Source: Marinicella sp. (GTDB taxonomy: Bacteria; Pseudomonadota; Gammaproteobacteria; Xanthomonadales; Marinicellaceae). Taken from it: a stretch of 64,000 bases of DNA. A model generated the notes under the pieces. The model made no database searches. It was not told the DNA's origin and saw only the letters and a program-made list of their open reading frames with translations. The stretch is from the NCBI GenBank assembly GCA_965230295.1, contig OZ246001.1:3827502-3891501 (forward strand), written 5' to 3'. Below are positions 1 to 9,531 of the stretch, one piece after another. Numbering within the stretch: position 1 is the first letter of the stretch; the number at the start of each line of letters is the position of its first letter. Position numbers and translations under genes: made by a program.

Positions 1-753
1 TATGATTTGATTATTGGGGCCTCTGGTGCAGACTGGGATGCAGGCTCAGATTCTGGTAAAAGTTATGTGATCTTTGGTAGTGACGATGAGAATGGTTTAC
101 CAATACCTAATCCTTTAAATCTGTCCACACTCGATGCTAGAAATGGTTTCGTTATCAATGGCGAAAATGCGGGTGATTTCTCGGGCCATTCAGTCAGCTC
201 AGCTGGTGATGTCAATGGGGATGGGATTGATGATTTAATAATAGGAGCACCTTCTGCAGAATCAAGCACGGGTAAAAGTTATGTGGTGTTTGGTAGTAGG
301 GTTTCTTCACACTATCCTTTAAATCTTTCTGATCTCAATGGTGAAAATGCGAATGATCTTTCGGGATTTTCAGTTAGTTCTGCCGGTGATTTAAATAAAG
401 ATGGGTTTAATGATATTATTATTGGAGCTTCTTTTGCAGACCCAGATGCACACTCGGATGCTGGTAAAACTTATGTGATCTTTGGCAAAAGCGGCCTTTT
501 TTCCAGTCCATTGAACTTGACTGATCTCAATACCAACTTTCAAAATGGTGGTGTTGTCATCAATGGAGAGCACACATTTGATGAGTCGGGGTTCTCAGTC
601 AGTTCAGCAGGTGATATCAATGGCGATGGAGTTGATGATTTAATCATTGGGGCTCCTGGTGGAGGTGTGAATGCTCATTCAAGTGCTGGTAAAAGCTATG
701 TCGTCTTTGGAATGGAAAACTCAGATGTTATTTTTGAAACGGGGTTTGAGTGA
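1..753 (+). CDS. FG-GAP (integrin-alpha beta-propeller) repeat protein, 5'-partial at window edge
   Basis: Frame is open from base 1; repeats SVSSAGDVNGDGIDDLIIGAP...GKSYVVFG; ends DVIFETGFE. Confidence 0.9.
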   Translation, partial: YDLIIGASGADWDAGSDSGKSYVIFGSDDENGLPIPNPLNLSTLDARNGFVINGENAGDFSGHSVSSAGDVNGDGIDDLIIGAPSAESSTGKSYVVFGSRVSSHYPLNLSDLNGENANDLSGFSVSSAGDLNKDGFNDIIIGASFADPDAHSDAGKTYVIFGKSGLFSSPLNLTDLNTNFQNGGVVINGEHTFDESGFSVSSAGDINGDGVDDLIIGAPGGGVNAHSSAGKSYVVFGMENSDVIFETGFE

Positions 754-1077
754 GTTTGGACATATGAGCGTAGCGTTGATTAAATGAATTTTAACTGTGA
801 TAGATGTTGTGGATAGCTTGTCGGGAAAATCGATATTTCAAAAGCTTAATTGTTTAATGGTCTTTTTTAAATTACAAAACACATGGTTTAAGCTATTGAT
901 TGTAAGGAAAATTATTCTTATTCTTTTATTCTTTTAATGTTTTATTTTGATAGCCGAATAGGGTCGGCACAGTGTTTTGGTTAAAACAATAAAAGAAATG
1001 ATAATCCAAAGTGTGGCACTGATGTTTTTTGTGGTCGATCTGTAATTTGTTCCCCAAAATATAAACTGGAGATAATA

Positions 1078-2799
1078 ATGAAAAAAATATTCGCTCTATA
1101 TTTTACATTGGTATTCGCTCAAGAATTATTGGCACAGTATTCACTGTTTGATGACTCTTATCTACATGAAATTAGAATCACTTCAACAGATCCGAATTTT
1201 TGGGAAATCTTGGAAAATGACTGGCAGCCAGTTGGTGACATTCCTTACCGATCAGCCACCGTTGAAATAGATGGTTTCAAATTGACAGAAGTGGGGGTGC
1301 GTCAAAAAGGTTTTTCTTCAAACTTCTTTGTAAATACCACCAAAAAACCATTGAAGCTTCATTTCAGCAAATTTGTTGATGATCGTGAATATGATGGAGT
1401 CAGAAAGTTGAATTTAATGAATGGAGTGGGTGATCCGGCTTTGCTCAAAGACAAAATGGCCTATGACATGTTCAGATATCACGGAATACCTGGGCCCAGA
1501 GTTGCTCATACCAAACTTTATATCAATGATGTCTTTTGGGGAGTATATGGCATGATTGAGCAAATTGACAAACGTTATTTAAAACGTAACTTTGCTGACA
1601 ATGACGGTAATTTGTGGAAAAACCAAGGAAATTCTGACCTCAGTTGGCATGGTTCTGACCCAACCAGCTACAGTTTTGAACTGCAGACTAATGTAGAGGG
1701 TAACGATTGGAGTAAATTTATAGAGTTTGTTGACTTCATTAACAATGCCACAGATATTGAATTTGAAAATAATTTTACCGATATTTTTCATTTGGATGAA
1801 TATTTAAGGATTGTGGCGATTGATATTCTAATAAATAACTGGGATTCCTATTTAGATCATGGTCGCAATTGGTACATGTACCATGAGCCTAGATCTGACA
1901 AAATTCACTGGCTCCCTTGGGACTACAACTTTGCATTTGACCGTCTGGTGGATGGTTCCAATGACCTTGATTTAATACAGAATGACTTAGGTAAAATACT
2001 CAATGTCAGAATTTTTAATACTCCTGAGTTTCGCACCCAAATAATGGGCTACATGTGTGAGTTATTGGATCATAATTTCACCAGTGATAGACTGACACCA
2101 ATGATGGATACCCAATTGTCATTAATAGAAAATGACTGGAACTCCAACAATAATTTTTTCTCTATCCAAGACATAGAAGATTATATCAATGGCGCCACAT
2201 GGACAGGCAGTCAAATAGGTGGAACGTTTCAAGGCTTGAAAGAATTTATTTTAGATCGCAGGGGCAGTATTCAAGCTGATTTGAGTAATCAAAACCATGC
2301 TTGTAGCTCATTACCTGCTGCTGTTGGTTTTCAAGATTTGGTCATTAATGAATTTATGGCCGATAACGACGATGACAGCCCATGGATGGACCAAGATGGT
2401 GAGTTTGATGACTGGATTGAAATTTATAACAACACCAACCAAACGGTCAATTTAGACAACTATTTTCTCAGCGATACCAGCACTTTTGAACACAAATGGG
2501 AATTCCCTAACATTGATATTCCGGCCAATGGATACCTTATAGTTTGGGCCGATAAAGACGTCGATCAAACCGGCTTGCACACTCAGTTCAGTTTGGATAA
2601 AGATGGCGGTGAAATAATCTTATCTCATATAGATAATACAGTCGTCGACAGTGTTTCTTACGGTGAGCAATCAGGCAACATAAGTATGTCAAGAGTCCCA
2701 AATGGCATAGGTAATTTTATTAGTACAGAAACAGTTACACATGGGTCTGCCAATGTACCAATTGATGACTTAATCTTTACCAACAGTTTCGAAAGTTGA
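1078..2799 (+). CDS. Secreted CotH-family kinase with lamin-tail-like domain
   Basis: Signal peptide; GVRQKGFSS, NWDSY and WLPWDYNFAF CotH motifs; LVINEFMADN...DWIEIYN lamin-tail motif; ends DLIFTNSFES. Confidence 0.85.
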   Translation: MKKIFALYFTLVFAQELLAQYSLFDDSYLHEIRITSTDPNFWEILENDWQPVGDIPYRSATVEIDGFKLTEVGVRQKGFSSNFFVNTTKKPLKLHFSKFVDDREYDGVRKLNLMNGVGDPALLKDKMAYDMFRYHGIPGPRVAHTKLYINDVFWGVYGMIEQIDKRYLKRNFADNDGNLWKNQGNSDLSWHGSDPTSYSFELQTNVEGNDWSKFIEFVDFINNATDIEFENNFTDIFHLDEYLRIVAIDILINNWDSYLDHGRNWYMYHEPRSDKIHWLPWDYNFAFDRLVDGSNDLDLIQNDLGKILNVRIFNTPEFRTQIMGYMCELLDHNFTSDRLTPMMDTQLSLIENDWNSNNNFFSIQDIEDYINGATWTGSQIGGTFQGLKEFILDRRGSIQADLSNQNHACSSLPAAVGFQDLVINEFMADNDDDSPWMDQDGEFDDWIEIYNNTNQTVNLDNYFLSDTSTFEHKWEFPNIDIPANGYLIVWADKDVDQTGLHTQFSLDKDGGEIILSHIDNTVVDSVSYGEQSGNISMSRVPNGIGNFISTETVTHGSANVPIDDLIFTNSFES

Positions 2800-2827
2800 A
2801 TGAATTGATATTTTCAAAATTCATAAA

Positions 2828-3090
2828 TTGTTACAAGACAATAGTGATTTTATTGATATTGACCAACGATTAGCACGTGAGGAAGAGTATGACGAGCACA
2901 TGCTGAGTACTTAGGAATGCTTTGACAACAATTTTACCAATAGATGCATCAAATTTGATAACTACTTAATAACAACTTTACACAAAGATACGATGCAACA
3001 CTTAATTTCTTGTCTAAATCTTATGACCAGAATTAGTTAACTCAAATATTTTAATAAATTAAACATAATGATTATCAATCATTTGATATG
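2828..3090 (+). repeat. Diverged duplicated module upstream of LRR gene 1 (paralog at about 6330-6590)
   Basis: TTGTTACAAGACAATAGTGATTTTATTGATATTGACCAAC aligns with TTATTGCAAGCCGGTAGTGACTTTGTTGATATTGATCAAC; both continue to ATGCTTTG..CAACAATTTTA. Confidence 0.75.
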
Positions 3091-3168
3091 ACTCAGTTTC
3101 CAAATTCAATAACAGATGGACGACATAAATAAAACTGATTCGCAATTAAATCAACAAGCTGAGGGTTT

Positions 3169-4371
3169 ATGAAAATGAAATTATTAGTCACATTATTAAC
3201 CATATTTATGTTTTTTAACATAGATGTTTGGGCTTTTGATTGTTCGAACCCAGATGTTTCTGTAGCTGAGTGTAATGCGTTAAATGATATGTACGGCCCT
3301 TTAGGCATAGCGAGTTCATCATTAATTGCTGTAGATATAATTAGTTGGGGAGAAGAAACTGACAATACTGTTTGTGACATATCAGTAATTGAATGCGACT
3401 CATCTATCCCTAAACGTGCTGTTCATTTACTTTTATCTCGCAAAGACTTGATAGGCACTATCCCCGACCTGAGTGCTTTGGCCAGTTTGCAACGCCTTGA
3501 CCTGAGTAATAATAATCTCAGTGGTCACATCCCTGACCTGAGTGCCTTGACCAATTTGAAATTCCTTTACCTGAATCAAAATAATCTTAGTGGCCACATC
3601 CCTGAGCTAGATGCCTTGACTAATTTGCAACAACTTTACCTACATATTAACGATCTCAGAGGTCCCATCCCTGACTTGAGCGTCTTAACTAATTTGAAAC
3701 ACCTTCTCCTATATCGTAACAATCTGAGTGGCCCCATTCCTGACTTGAGCGCCTTGACCAGTTTATATAGCCTTATTCTGGAGGATAACAATCTCAATGG
3801 CACCATTCCAGACTTGAGTGCCTTGACTAATTTGCAAAACCTTTACCTAAGTCGTAACGACCTCAATGGTCCCATCCCTAACTTGAGTACCTTGACCAAT
3901 TTACAATACCTTTACCTGAGTGGTAATGATTTCAGTGGCCCCATTCATCGTTTAAGTACCTTAACCAGTTTGAAACACCTAACCTTAAACGATAACAATT
4001 TCAGTGGTACCATCCATAGCTTGCGCACTTTGATCAATTTGCAAGTTCTTTTCCTGAGTGATAACAATCTTAGTGGTCCCATCCCTGACTTGAGCGCCTT
4101 AACCAATTTGCAACTCTTTTATTTGGCTAACAACTATTTCTTTGGACACTTTCCCGATCTCAGGCAAACAGATTTGCCAGAAGGAAATACGTTGAATTTT
4201 CATTCAAACTGCATAGAGCCGAATGTTAATAACTTTGTTAATGACTGGACTAATGCCAGAACTAGTCCTGCTAATGGCTTTGATAATCAACACGCAGATA
4301 TAAATACATGCTTGGACGTGTATGCAGACTTCATCATTACAGATACGGTTTTCATCGATACATTTGAGTAA
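3169..4371 (+). CDS. Secreted leucine-rich repeat protein (about 10 x 23-aa LRR, Cys-containing N-cap)
   Basis: Signal peptide; repeats LSALTNLxxLxLxxNNLSGPIPD; ends TVFIDTFE. Confidence 0.9.
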   Translation: MKMKLLVTLLTIFMFFNIDVWAFDCSNPDVSVAECNALNDMYGPLGIASSSLIAVDIISWGEETDNTVCDISVIECDSSIPKRAVHLLLSRKDLIGTIPDLSALASLQRLDLSNNNLSGHIPDLSALTNLKFLYLNQNNLSGHIPELDALTNLQQLYLHINDLRGPIPDLSVLTNLKHLLLYRNNLSGPIPDLSALTSLYSLILEDNNLNGTIPDLSALTNLQNLYLSRNDLNGPIPNLSTLTNLQYLYLSGNDFSGPIHRLSTLTSLKHLTLNDNNFSGTIHSLRTLINLQVLFLSDNNLSGPIPDLSALTNLQLFYLANNYFFGHFPDLRQTDLPEGNTLNFHSNCIEPNVNNFVNDWTNARTSPANGFDNQHADINTCLDVYADFIITDTVFIDTFE

Positions 4372-4476
4372 GTTCTTTACATCAATATGAAATTCATATT
4401 TCTCAAGTAAGTTTATATCTGCAATACAACCAGTTGTAGTCAATTATCTTTAATATATTTTGAGTACTCAAACATT

Positions 4477-6237
4477 ATGAAACCAATAATAACTTTACTA
4501 TTTATTTTTTCTTTCTCATCTTCTTTTGCTGGTGGTGATATTGATCCATTTGTCATTACCATCACTACCACACCCCGCAACCAAGCAGACACAAACACTT
4601 TATTCAAATACGATTTACCAACTACTGAATATGAATACTCATATGATGTTGATTGGGACTACAATGGAGTCTTTGAAGCAGATGAAGTAGATGTAAATGG
4701 AATTTTAGAACATGATTACGGTAATCCTGGAGAATATACCATTGCTATTAAAGGGATATTTCCTAAATTTGGTTCATCACGCCCTGATCATATAGATCAA
4801 TTAGTAAGCATAGATCAATGGGGAGATATTGTTTGGAAAAGTTTTGAAAGCTCTTTTCGTGGTCAATATGATATCCGACCCGCTAGTTATATTGTAAATG
4901 CAACAGACATTCCTGACTTGTCAATGGTTAACTCTCTATCAGAAATGTTTTTTATTTCAAGCCAAGCTAATCCAGATGTGACTGGGTGGGATACATCCAA
5001 TGTTACTGACATGAGCTTTATGTTTTCTGTTACTGACGCAGCCAACCCAAATGTGAGTGGATGGGATACATCCAACGTTACTGACATGAGCTTTATGTTT
5101 TCTTTTGCTGACGCAGCCAACCCAAATGTAAGTGGGTGGGATACCTCCAATGTTACTGACATGAGCGGTATGTTTTTTGATTCTGCCATAGCCAACCCAG
5201 ATGTGAGCTTATGGGATACATCCAACGTTACTGACATGAGCTTTATGTTTTCTTTTGCTGACGCAGCTAACCCAGATGTGAGTGGGTGGGATACATCCAA
5301 TGTTACTAAAATGGGCGATATGTTTGCAATAGCAAGATTAGCTAACCCAGATGTGAGTGGATGGGATACATCCAATGTTACTGACATGACCCGTATGTTT
5401 TATGGTGCTGATGCAGCAAACCCAGATGTGAGTTTATGGGATACATCCAATGTTACTGACATGACCCGCATGTTTTTTGGTGCTATCTTAGCCACCCCAG
5501 ATGTGAGTTTATGGGATACATCCAATGTTGCTGATATGAATGAATTGTTCGCTTATGCAGGATCTGCTAATCCTGATTTAAGAAACTGGGTTATTGAAAA
5601 TGTTAATAGCATGAATGACATGTTTAACTCTAACAAAATGAAACGCAGTAATTATGAAGCCGCACTGATTTCTTTTGCGACGCAATTTACGAATAATAAT
5701 GTTAATTTTGCTGCTGGTTCTTCTCTGTATTGCTCATCAGCTGCTGAAAATGCAAAAACCTTTCTTACAGGCCCTACCAAGAATTGGACGATAGTCGATG
5801 GATCTGATGGTTTACCAAGTTGCGACATAAATGATGTTTCTGTTTCTATAGAAAGTAATCGTAGCCTACTTGCCCCAGGAGGTATGGTTACTTACCACAT
5901 CAGTATTAAAAATGATGGGGATAGGGATATTGATGATTTGAATGTGATCACCAATACAATGTTATTAACCAACTTGAATTGGGGATGTGAGGCCGTCAGC
6001 GCCACATGTCAAGATTCAGCTGGTAATGGTCCAATTTTGCACAGTAGTACAATAAATTCAGGTGGTGAAATCACTTATATTATCAATGCTACTAATGCAG
6101 GTATGAATGGTGAATATGCTATGATTTCTATTACAGCACAAAGCATCGATACCCCAGATGATTTTCTAAGAGATAATACTGCAACTTTGAATAGCAGAAC
6201 ATCAGATGATATTATTTTTTATAATTCACTCGATTAA
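4477..6237 (+). CDS. BspA-like/DUF285 surface repeat protein with C-terminal DUF11-like domain
   Basis: Signal peptide; eight 25-aa NPDVSxWDTSNVTDMxxMF repeats; YHISIKNDG...DNTA DUF11-like segment; ends DIIFYNSLD. Confidence 0.88.
   Translation: MKPIITLLFIFSFSSSFAGGDIDPFVITITTTPRNQADTNTLFKYDLPTTEYEYSYDVDWDYNGVFEADEVDVNGILEHDYGNPGEYTIAIKGIFPKFGSSRPDHIDQLVSIDQWGDIVWKSFESSFRGQYDIRPASYIVNATDIPDLSMVNSLSEMFFISSQANPDVTGWDTSNVTDMSFMFSVTDAANPNVSGWDTSNVTDMSFMFSFADAANPNVSGWDTSNVTDMSGMFFDSAIANPDVSLWDTSNVTDMSFMFSFADAANPDVSGWDTSNVTKMGDMFAIARLANPDVSGWDTSNVTDMTRMFYGADAANPDVSLWDTSNVTDMTRMFFGAILATPDVSLWDTSNVADMNELFAYAGSANPDLRNWVIENVNSMNDMFNSNKMKRSNYEAALISFATQFTNNNVNFAAGSSLYCSSAAENAKTFLTGPTKNWTIVDGSDGLPSCDINDVSVSIESNRSLLAPGGMVTYHISIKNDGDRDIDDLNVITNTMLLTNLNWGCEAVSATCQDSAGNGPILHSSTINSGGEITYIINATNAGMNGEYAMISITAQSIDTPDDFLRDNTATLNSRTSDDIIFYNSLD
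4966..5565 (+). repeat. Intragenic 75-bp tandem repeats (8 copies)
   Basis: Near-identical GCxAACCCAGATGTGAGT..TGGGATACATCCAATGTTACTGACATG units. Confidence 0.9.
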
Positions 6238-6329
6238 ATAGCTTAATCAGCAGCAAGCCTTTGTTGCCTAACTCATAAACTTAAAGGGAAGTAGGCAACA
6301 ACTTGCAAATGTATTAGTTTCAGTAGATA

Positions 6330-6590
6330 TTATTGCAAGCCGGTAGTGACTTTGTTGATATTGATCAACCATCAGTAAGTCAGAAAAAACATGAAAAACA
6401 CATCCTTAGCTTTTACGTATGCTTTGTGCAACAATTTTATCACTTATTGCAACAGTCTTAATATCGACTTTGGTTTTTCTTCAATAAAATATGTCTCTAA
6501 ATTCTTCATTGTCTTGTAAACCTTTCAATCGAAGTTAATTTAAGTTTTTAAAATGTTTTGAGCATACTGAAAATCAATCATTACGATTTT
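6330..6590 (+). repeat. Diverged duplicated module upstream of LRR gene 2
   Basis: Homologous to 2828-3090 by direct visual alignment. Confidence 0.75.
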
Positions 6591-6606
6591 GTTTGATTTC
6601 ATTGCC

Positions 6607-6696
6607 CAATAGGTTAGATTACAATAGGTTAGATTACAATAGGTTAGATTACAATAGGTTAGATTACAATAGGTTAGATTACAATAGGTTAGATTA
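6607..6696 (+). repeat. Perfect 15-bp tandem repeat x6 (CAATAGGTTAGATTA)
   Basis: Six exact copies ending 1 nt before the ATG at 6698. Confidence 0.97.
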
Positions 6697-6697
6697 T

Positions 6698-7552
6698 ATG
6701 AAAATAAAATTATTAATCATATTTATGTTTTTTTTAAGCATGGATGTTTGGGCATTTGATTGCTCTAGCCCAGATGTATCTGTAGCTGAGTGTAATGCGT
6801 TAAATGATATGTATGGCCCTTTAGGCATAGCGGGCTCATCATTGCCTGCAGCAGACATAAACAGCTGGGGGGAAACTACCGACAATACCGTTTGTGACAT
6901 ATCACGAATTACATGCGATTCATCCACACCAAGACGTGTTACTCGCTTACATCTAGTCGGCGCGGACTTGAGAGGCACTATCCCTGACTTGAGTGCATTT
7001 ACTAATTTGCAAGATCTTTGGTTAGCTAATAACCAGCTCATTGGTCACATCCCTGACTTGAGTGCCTTGGCCAACTTACAATCTCTTGATTTACAGCGTA
7101 ATCAACTCAGTGGTCCCATCCCTGACTTGAGCGCCTTAACCAATTTACAACGCCTTTTCTTGCATGTTAATCAGCTCACAGGCCCTATCACTGAGTTGAG
7201 CGCCGTGACCAGTTTGCAACGCATTTACCTGCAATTTAACAATCTCAGTGGCCCTATCCCTGACTTGAACGCCTTGGACGATTTGCAACAACTTTCTTTG
7301 GATAACAATTATTTTTTCGGAGAATTTCCCGACCTCAGAGAAACAGGACTACAAGAAGGACGTACGTTGGGTTTTCATACAAACTGCATAGAACCGAATG
7401 TAAATAATTTAATTAATGACTGGGTAAATGCCAGAACCAGTCCTAATAACCATTTTAATAATCAACGTGCAGATATAAATACATGCTTGGATGAATTCAT
7501 CATTACTGATATGATTTTCATTGATACATTTGAGTTCGATGCGTTTGAATAA
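6698..7552 (+). CDS. Secreted LRR protein, paralog of 3169-4371 (about 5 LRRs)
   Basis: MKIKLLIIFMFFLSMDVWAFDCSSPDVSVAECNAL is nearly identical to the paralog N-terminus, so the start is placed at 6698 rather than TTG 6593; ends MIFIDTFEFDAFE. Confidence 0.88.
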   Translation: MKIKLLIIFMFFLSMDVWAFDCSSPDVSVAECNALNDMYGPLGIAGSSLPAADINSWGETTDNTVCDISRITCDSSTPRRVTRLHLVGADLRGTIPDLSAFTNLQDLWLANNQLIGHIPDLSALANLQSLDLQRNQLSGPIPDLSALTNLQRLFLHVNQLTGPITELSAVTSLQRIYLQFNNLSGPIPDLNALDDLQQLSLDNNYFFGEFPDLRETGLQEGRTLGFHTNCIEPNVNNLINDWVNARTSPNNHFNNQRADINTCLDEFIITDMIFIDTFEFDAFE

Positions 7553-7834
7553 GTAGCAATTTTACTCGCATTAAATAAAAATTAAGCCATATAGTGTTGG
7601 CACGGATGCCAAACAAACTGTTGTGCCCCTTCCGAATAGGCCATGCGTGGGCTTCAACCAGAAGAAGTTATTCGCTTACTATCTAGGCATAAAAAGCATT
7701 TTTTTATAGCCAAATTTTAAATATACGGCAAGTGTTTAAATAAGTAGCATACTTGACATCATTATTTTTATGACCTCAACTGCTATTTCATAGTCTGGTA
7801 AACTGGAAACATGCTGTAAATCCAACCTCTATTT

Positions 7835-8110
7835 AGCAAGGAACTCTCAAGTTAAGTTCCTGCCTAGACATCTTTAAGGTGCAAAGTTTTCGCACGAAGA
7901 TTTTTCACTTCTTCAGAACTGGCTTCACGATTAAAACCACTAGCCAGGTTTTTCATTCCAGTCTCCATGAATTTTTTCGACAAATTGCCACATTGGCGTA
8001 AGGCAGCGATGCATTCCTTACCACTAAGACCTTCGACCAGGGTACGAATTTTATCCTCAGCTGGATAATTTTTAAGAGTACGAAGATGGATGTCTCGTAC
8101 AGTTTTCTAC
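7835..8110 (-). pseudogene. IS3-family transposase OrfA remnant
   Basis: Minus strand reads VRDIHLRTLKNYPAEDKIRTLVEGLSGKECIA...SKKFMETGMKNLA...SSEEVKNLR..LKDV*, matching the IS3-family OrfA pattern (FSAEEKIRIVLEGLRG...SKEFLEAG...DEVKDLR); contains a deletion and stops. Confidence 0.7.
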
Positions 8111-8507
8111 TTTGTTTACTTCTGTTATTAGAGATAAGAAAGAACCGAAAGCGTCTCTTAGCTAATTAGCCTTAGTAGCCCACATGGTGCTAACAGCATA
8201 TTAACAAAAAATGATTGCAATAAAGCGACTTTTATTCATATCAAAGAATTTTATACGTGGTTCAAGTAATATTAACTCAAACAAATGATCTAATATTCAA
8301 ATTCAATGCATCGATACTACTTGATAAACCTACGTGCAACAAGATTGAAGACCTTTGCATCAAATCATATAACTATTTTCCTTCCAGCCTAATAGACTTT
8401 CACGTACCAATACATCATCGCTGATGTCTTTAAAACACAGGAGTAGTTCAATGATCTCAAAAAATCAAAACGGAGCCGCAATAGGCTTTTATTTTGCTGC
8501 CTTTACC

Positions 8508-8939
8508 TTCAATGGAGACAATGGCTTTCGGCTGGACGGTGGAGTTGGTGTGGATTCCATGTTTGGAAGTGCACTCAGCGAAGCAAAAGATGTGAATCTA
8601 GATGGTATAGATGACATCATAATTGGCTCATCGATTGGTTTTGTGGGCTCAGTTCTAGCTGCGGGTAAAAGTTATGTTGTATTCGGTAACGATGAGGGAG
8701 TGAGCCATCCTTTAAATATTTCTGAATTAAATGGGAGCAACGGCTTTTCCATTTTGGGAGCTGATGTCAATGGATATCTGGGAACCAGCGTCAGCGGAAT
8801 TGGTGATTTCAATGATGATGGAATTGGAGATGTGATGATGAGTGCACCACGAGCGGATGTTGGTGGAGAAAACGAAACAGGTAAAAGCTTTATCATATTC
8901 GGAAATGAACAGGCCATCTTTGTCAATGGTTTTGACTGA
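8508..8939 (+). pseudogene. 5'-truncated FG-GAP protein (last two repeats plus tail)
   Basis: FG-GAP similarity starts abruptly at NGDNGFRLDG; no signal peptide; ends QAIFVNGFD; paralogous to the C-terminus of 20325-21761. Confidence 0.8.
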
Positions 8940-8965
8940 TTATCCACCATAAAAATTTGTGAGTA

Positions 8966-9040
8966 TTGTGCCTGTATTGAACGATTTTCTGTTCCTGCCT
9001 CCTACTATCAGCAGTAAATTCAATAGGTATGGGCACATTT
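8966..9040 (+). repeat. Conserved 3' hairpin element downstream of FG-GAP gene (copy 1)
   Basis: TTGTGCCTGTATTGAACG...CCTCCT...GGGCACATTT. Confidence 0.7.
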
Positions 9041-9531
9041 TAATAAATATGAATTATTTGGTCATAGTTATTTTCAATAACTAGCCTATGCTTATTTGTA
9101 AAACCAGCTGTTGTTTTATTGAGTTTATGCCACCTAGAAAGGCTGTCCAAACAATTTTGGATCCATACTTTGGTTTACTATCATAAACTGATAAAACATT
9201 TTGATACTTGAAAATTAATTCAAAACTCCAAGGGCCTTTATACGTGCCCTTGTGGTAAATGTTGATCAATAAGAGCAGATGTTTATGCTCGTTTTGAAAA
9301 ATAGCCCTGAGTTTTTCAGTTATTGGTTACAGTACAACTAACTCAAAGGCCAGGGCTTAATGCAAATGCGGTAGATGAACAATGCACCCTTGTGAAATCC
9401 GTTGAAATCACTAAAAATTAGTTATTCAAGGGTAATGAGTTTAGAGGTGAGTAATATTTAGGGCAAGGCATCAGCCGAGCTCAGGTACGCTGGAAAACCA
9501 GGTTTTCATCGTCTCCATCCTGATTAATCCA

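Noticed and set aside
889-899. TAAGCTATTGA with an inverted copy at 27762-27772 as island terminal repeats
   Set aside because: An 11-bp AT-rich match that is not at evident boundaries.
4887-5387. Antisense and overlapping ORFs in the track (for example 4887-5387, 3093-3380, 31462-31938, 57763-58089, 40116-40400)
   Set aside because: Most are shadows of well-supported genes or repeats on the opposite strand or frame; none has recognisable motifs.
6607-6696. Possible CRISPR array
   Set aside because: Contiguous 15-bp units with no spacers. The same applies to the 75-bp BspA repeats and the 28.5-kb repeats.
6593-6697. N-terminal NRLDY extension of the LRR protein; likewise 8424-8507 and the 3' half of ORF 20074-20463
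   Set aside because: These are artefacts of the VNTR or of deletion junctions; paralog comparison places the real starts or breaks elsewhere.
7590-8200. Integron attC sites between cassette-like genes
   Set aside because: No RYYYAAC...GTTRRRY pairs with the proper inner structure, and no integron integrase was identified.
9324-9348. Single ACAACTAACTCAAAG resembling the 28.5-kb repeat
   Set aside because: Only one partial copy, with no terminal TG at the right offset and no target duplication.
9370-9525. IS5-like transposase remnant (AVDEQCTLVKSVEIT)
   Set aside because: Too short and degenerate to support without a database search.
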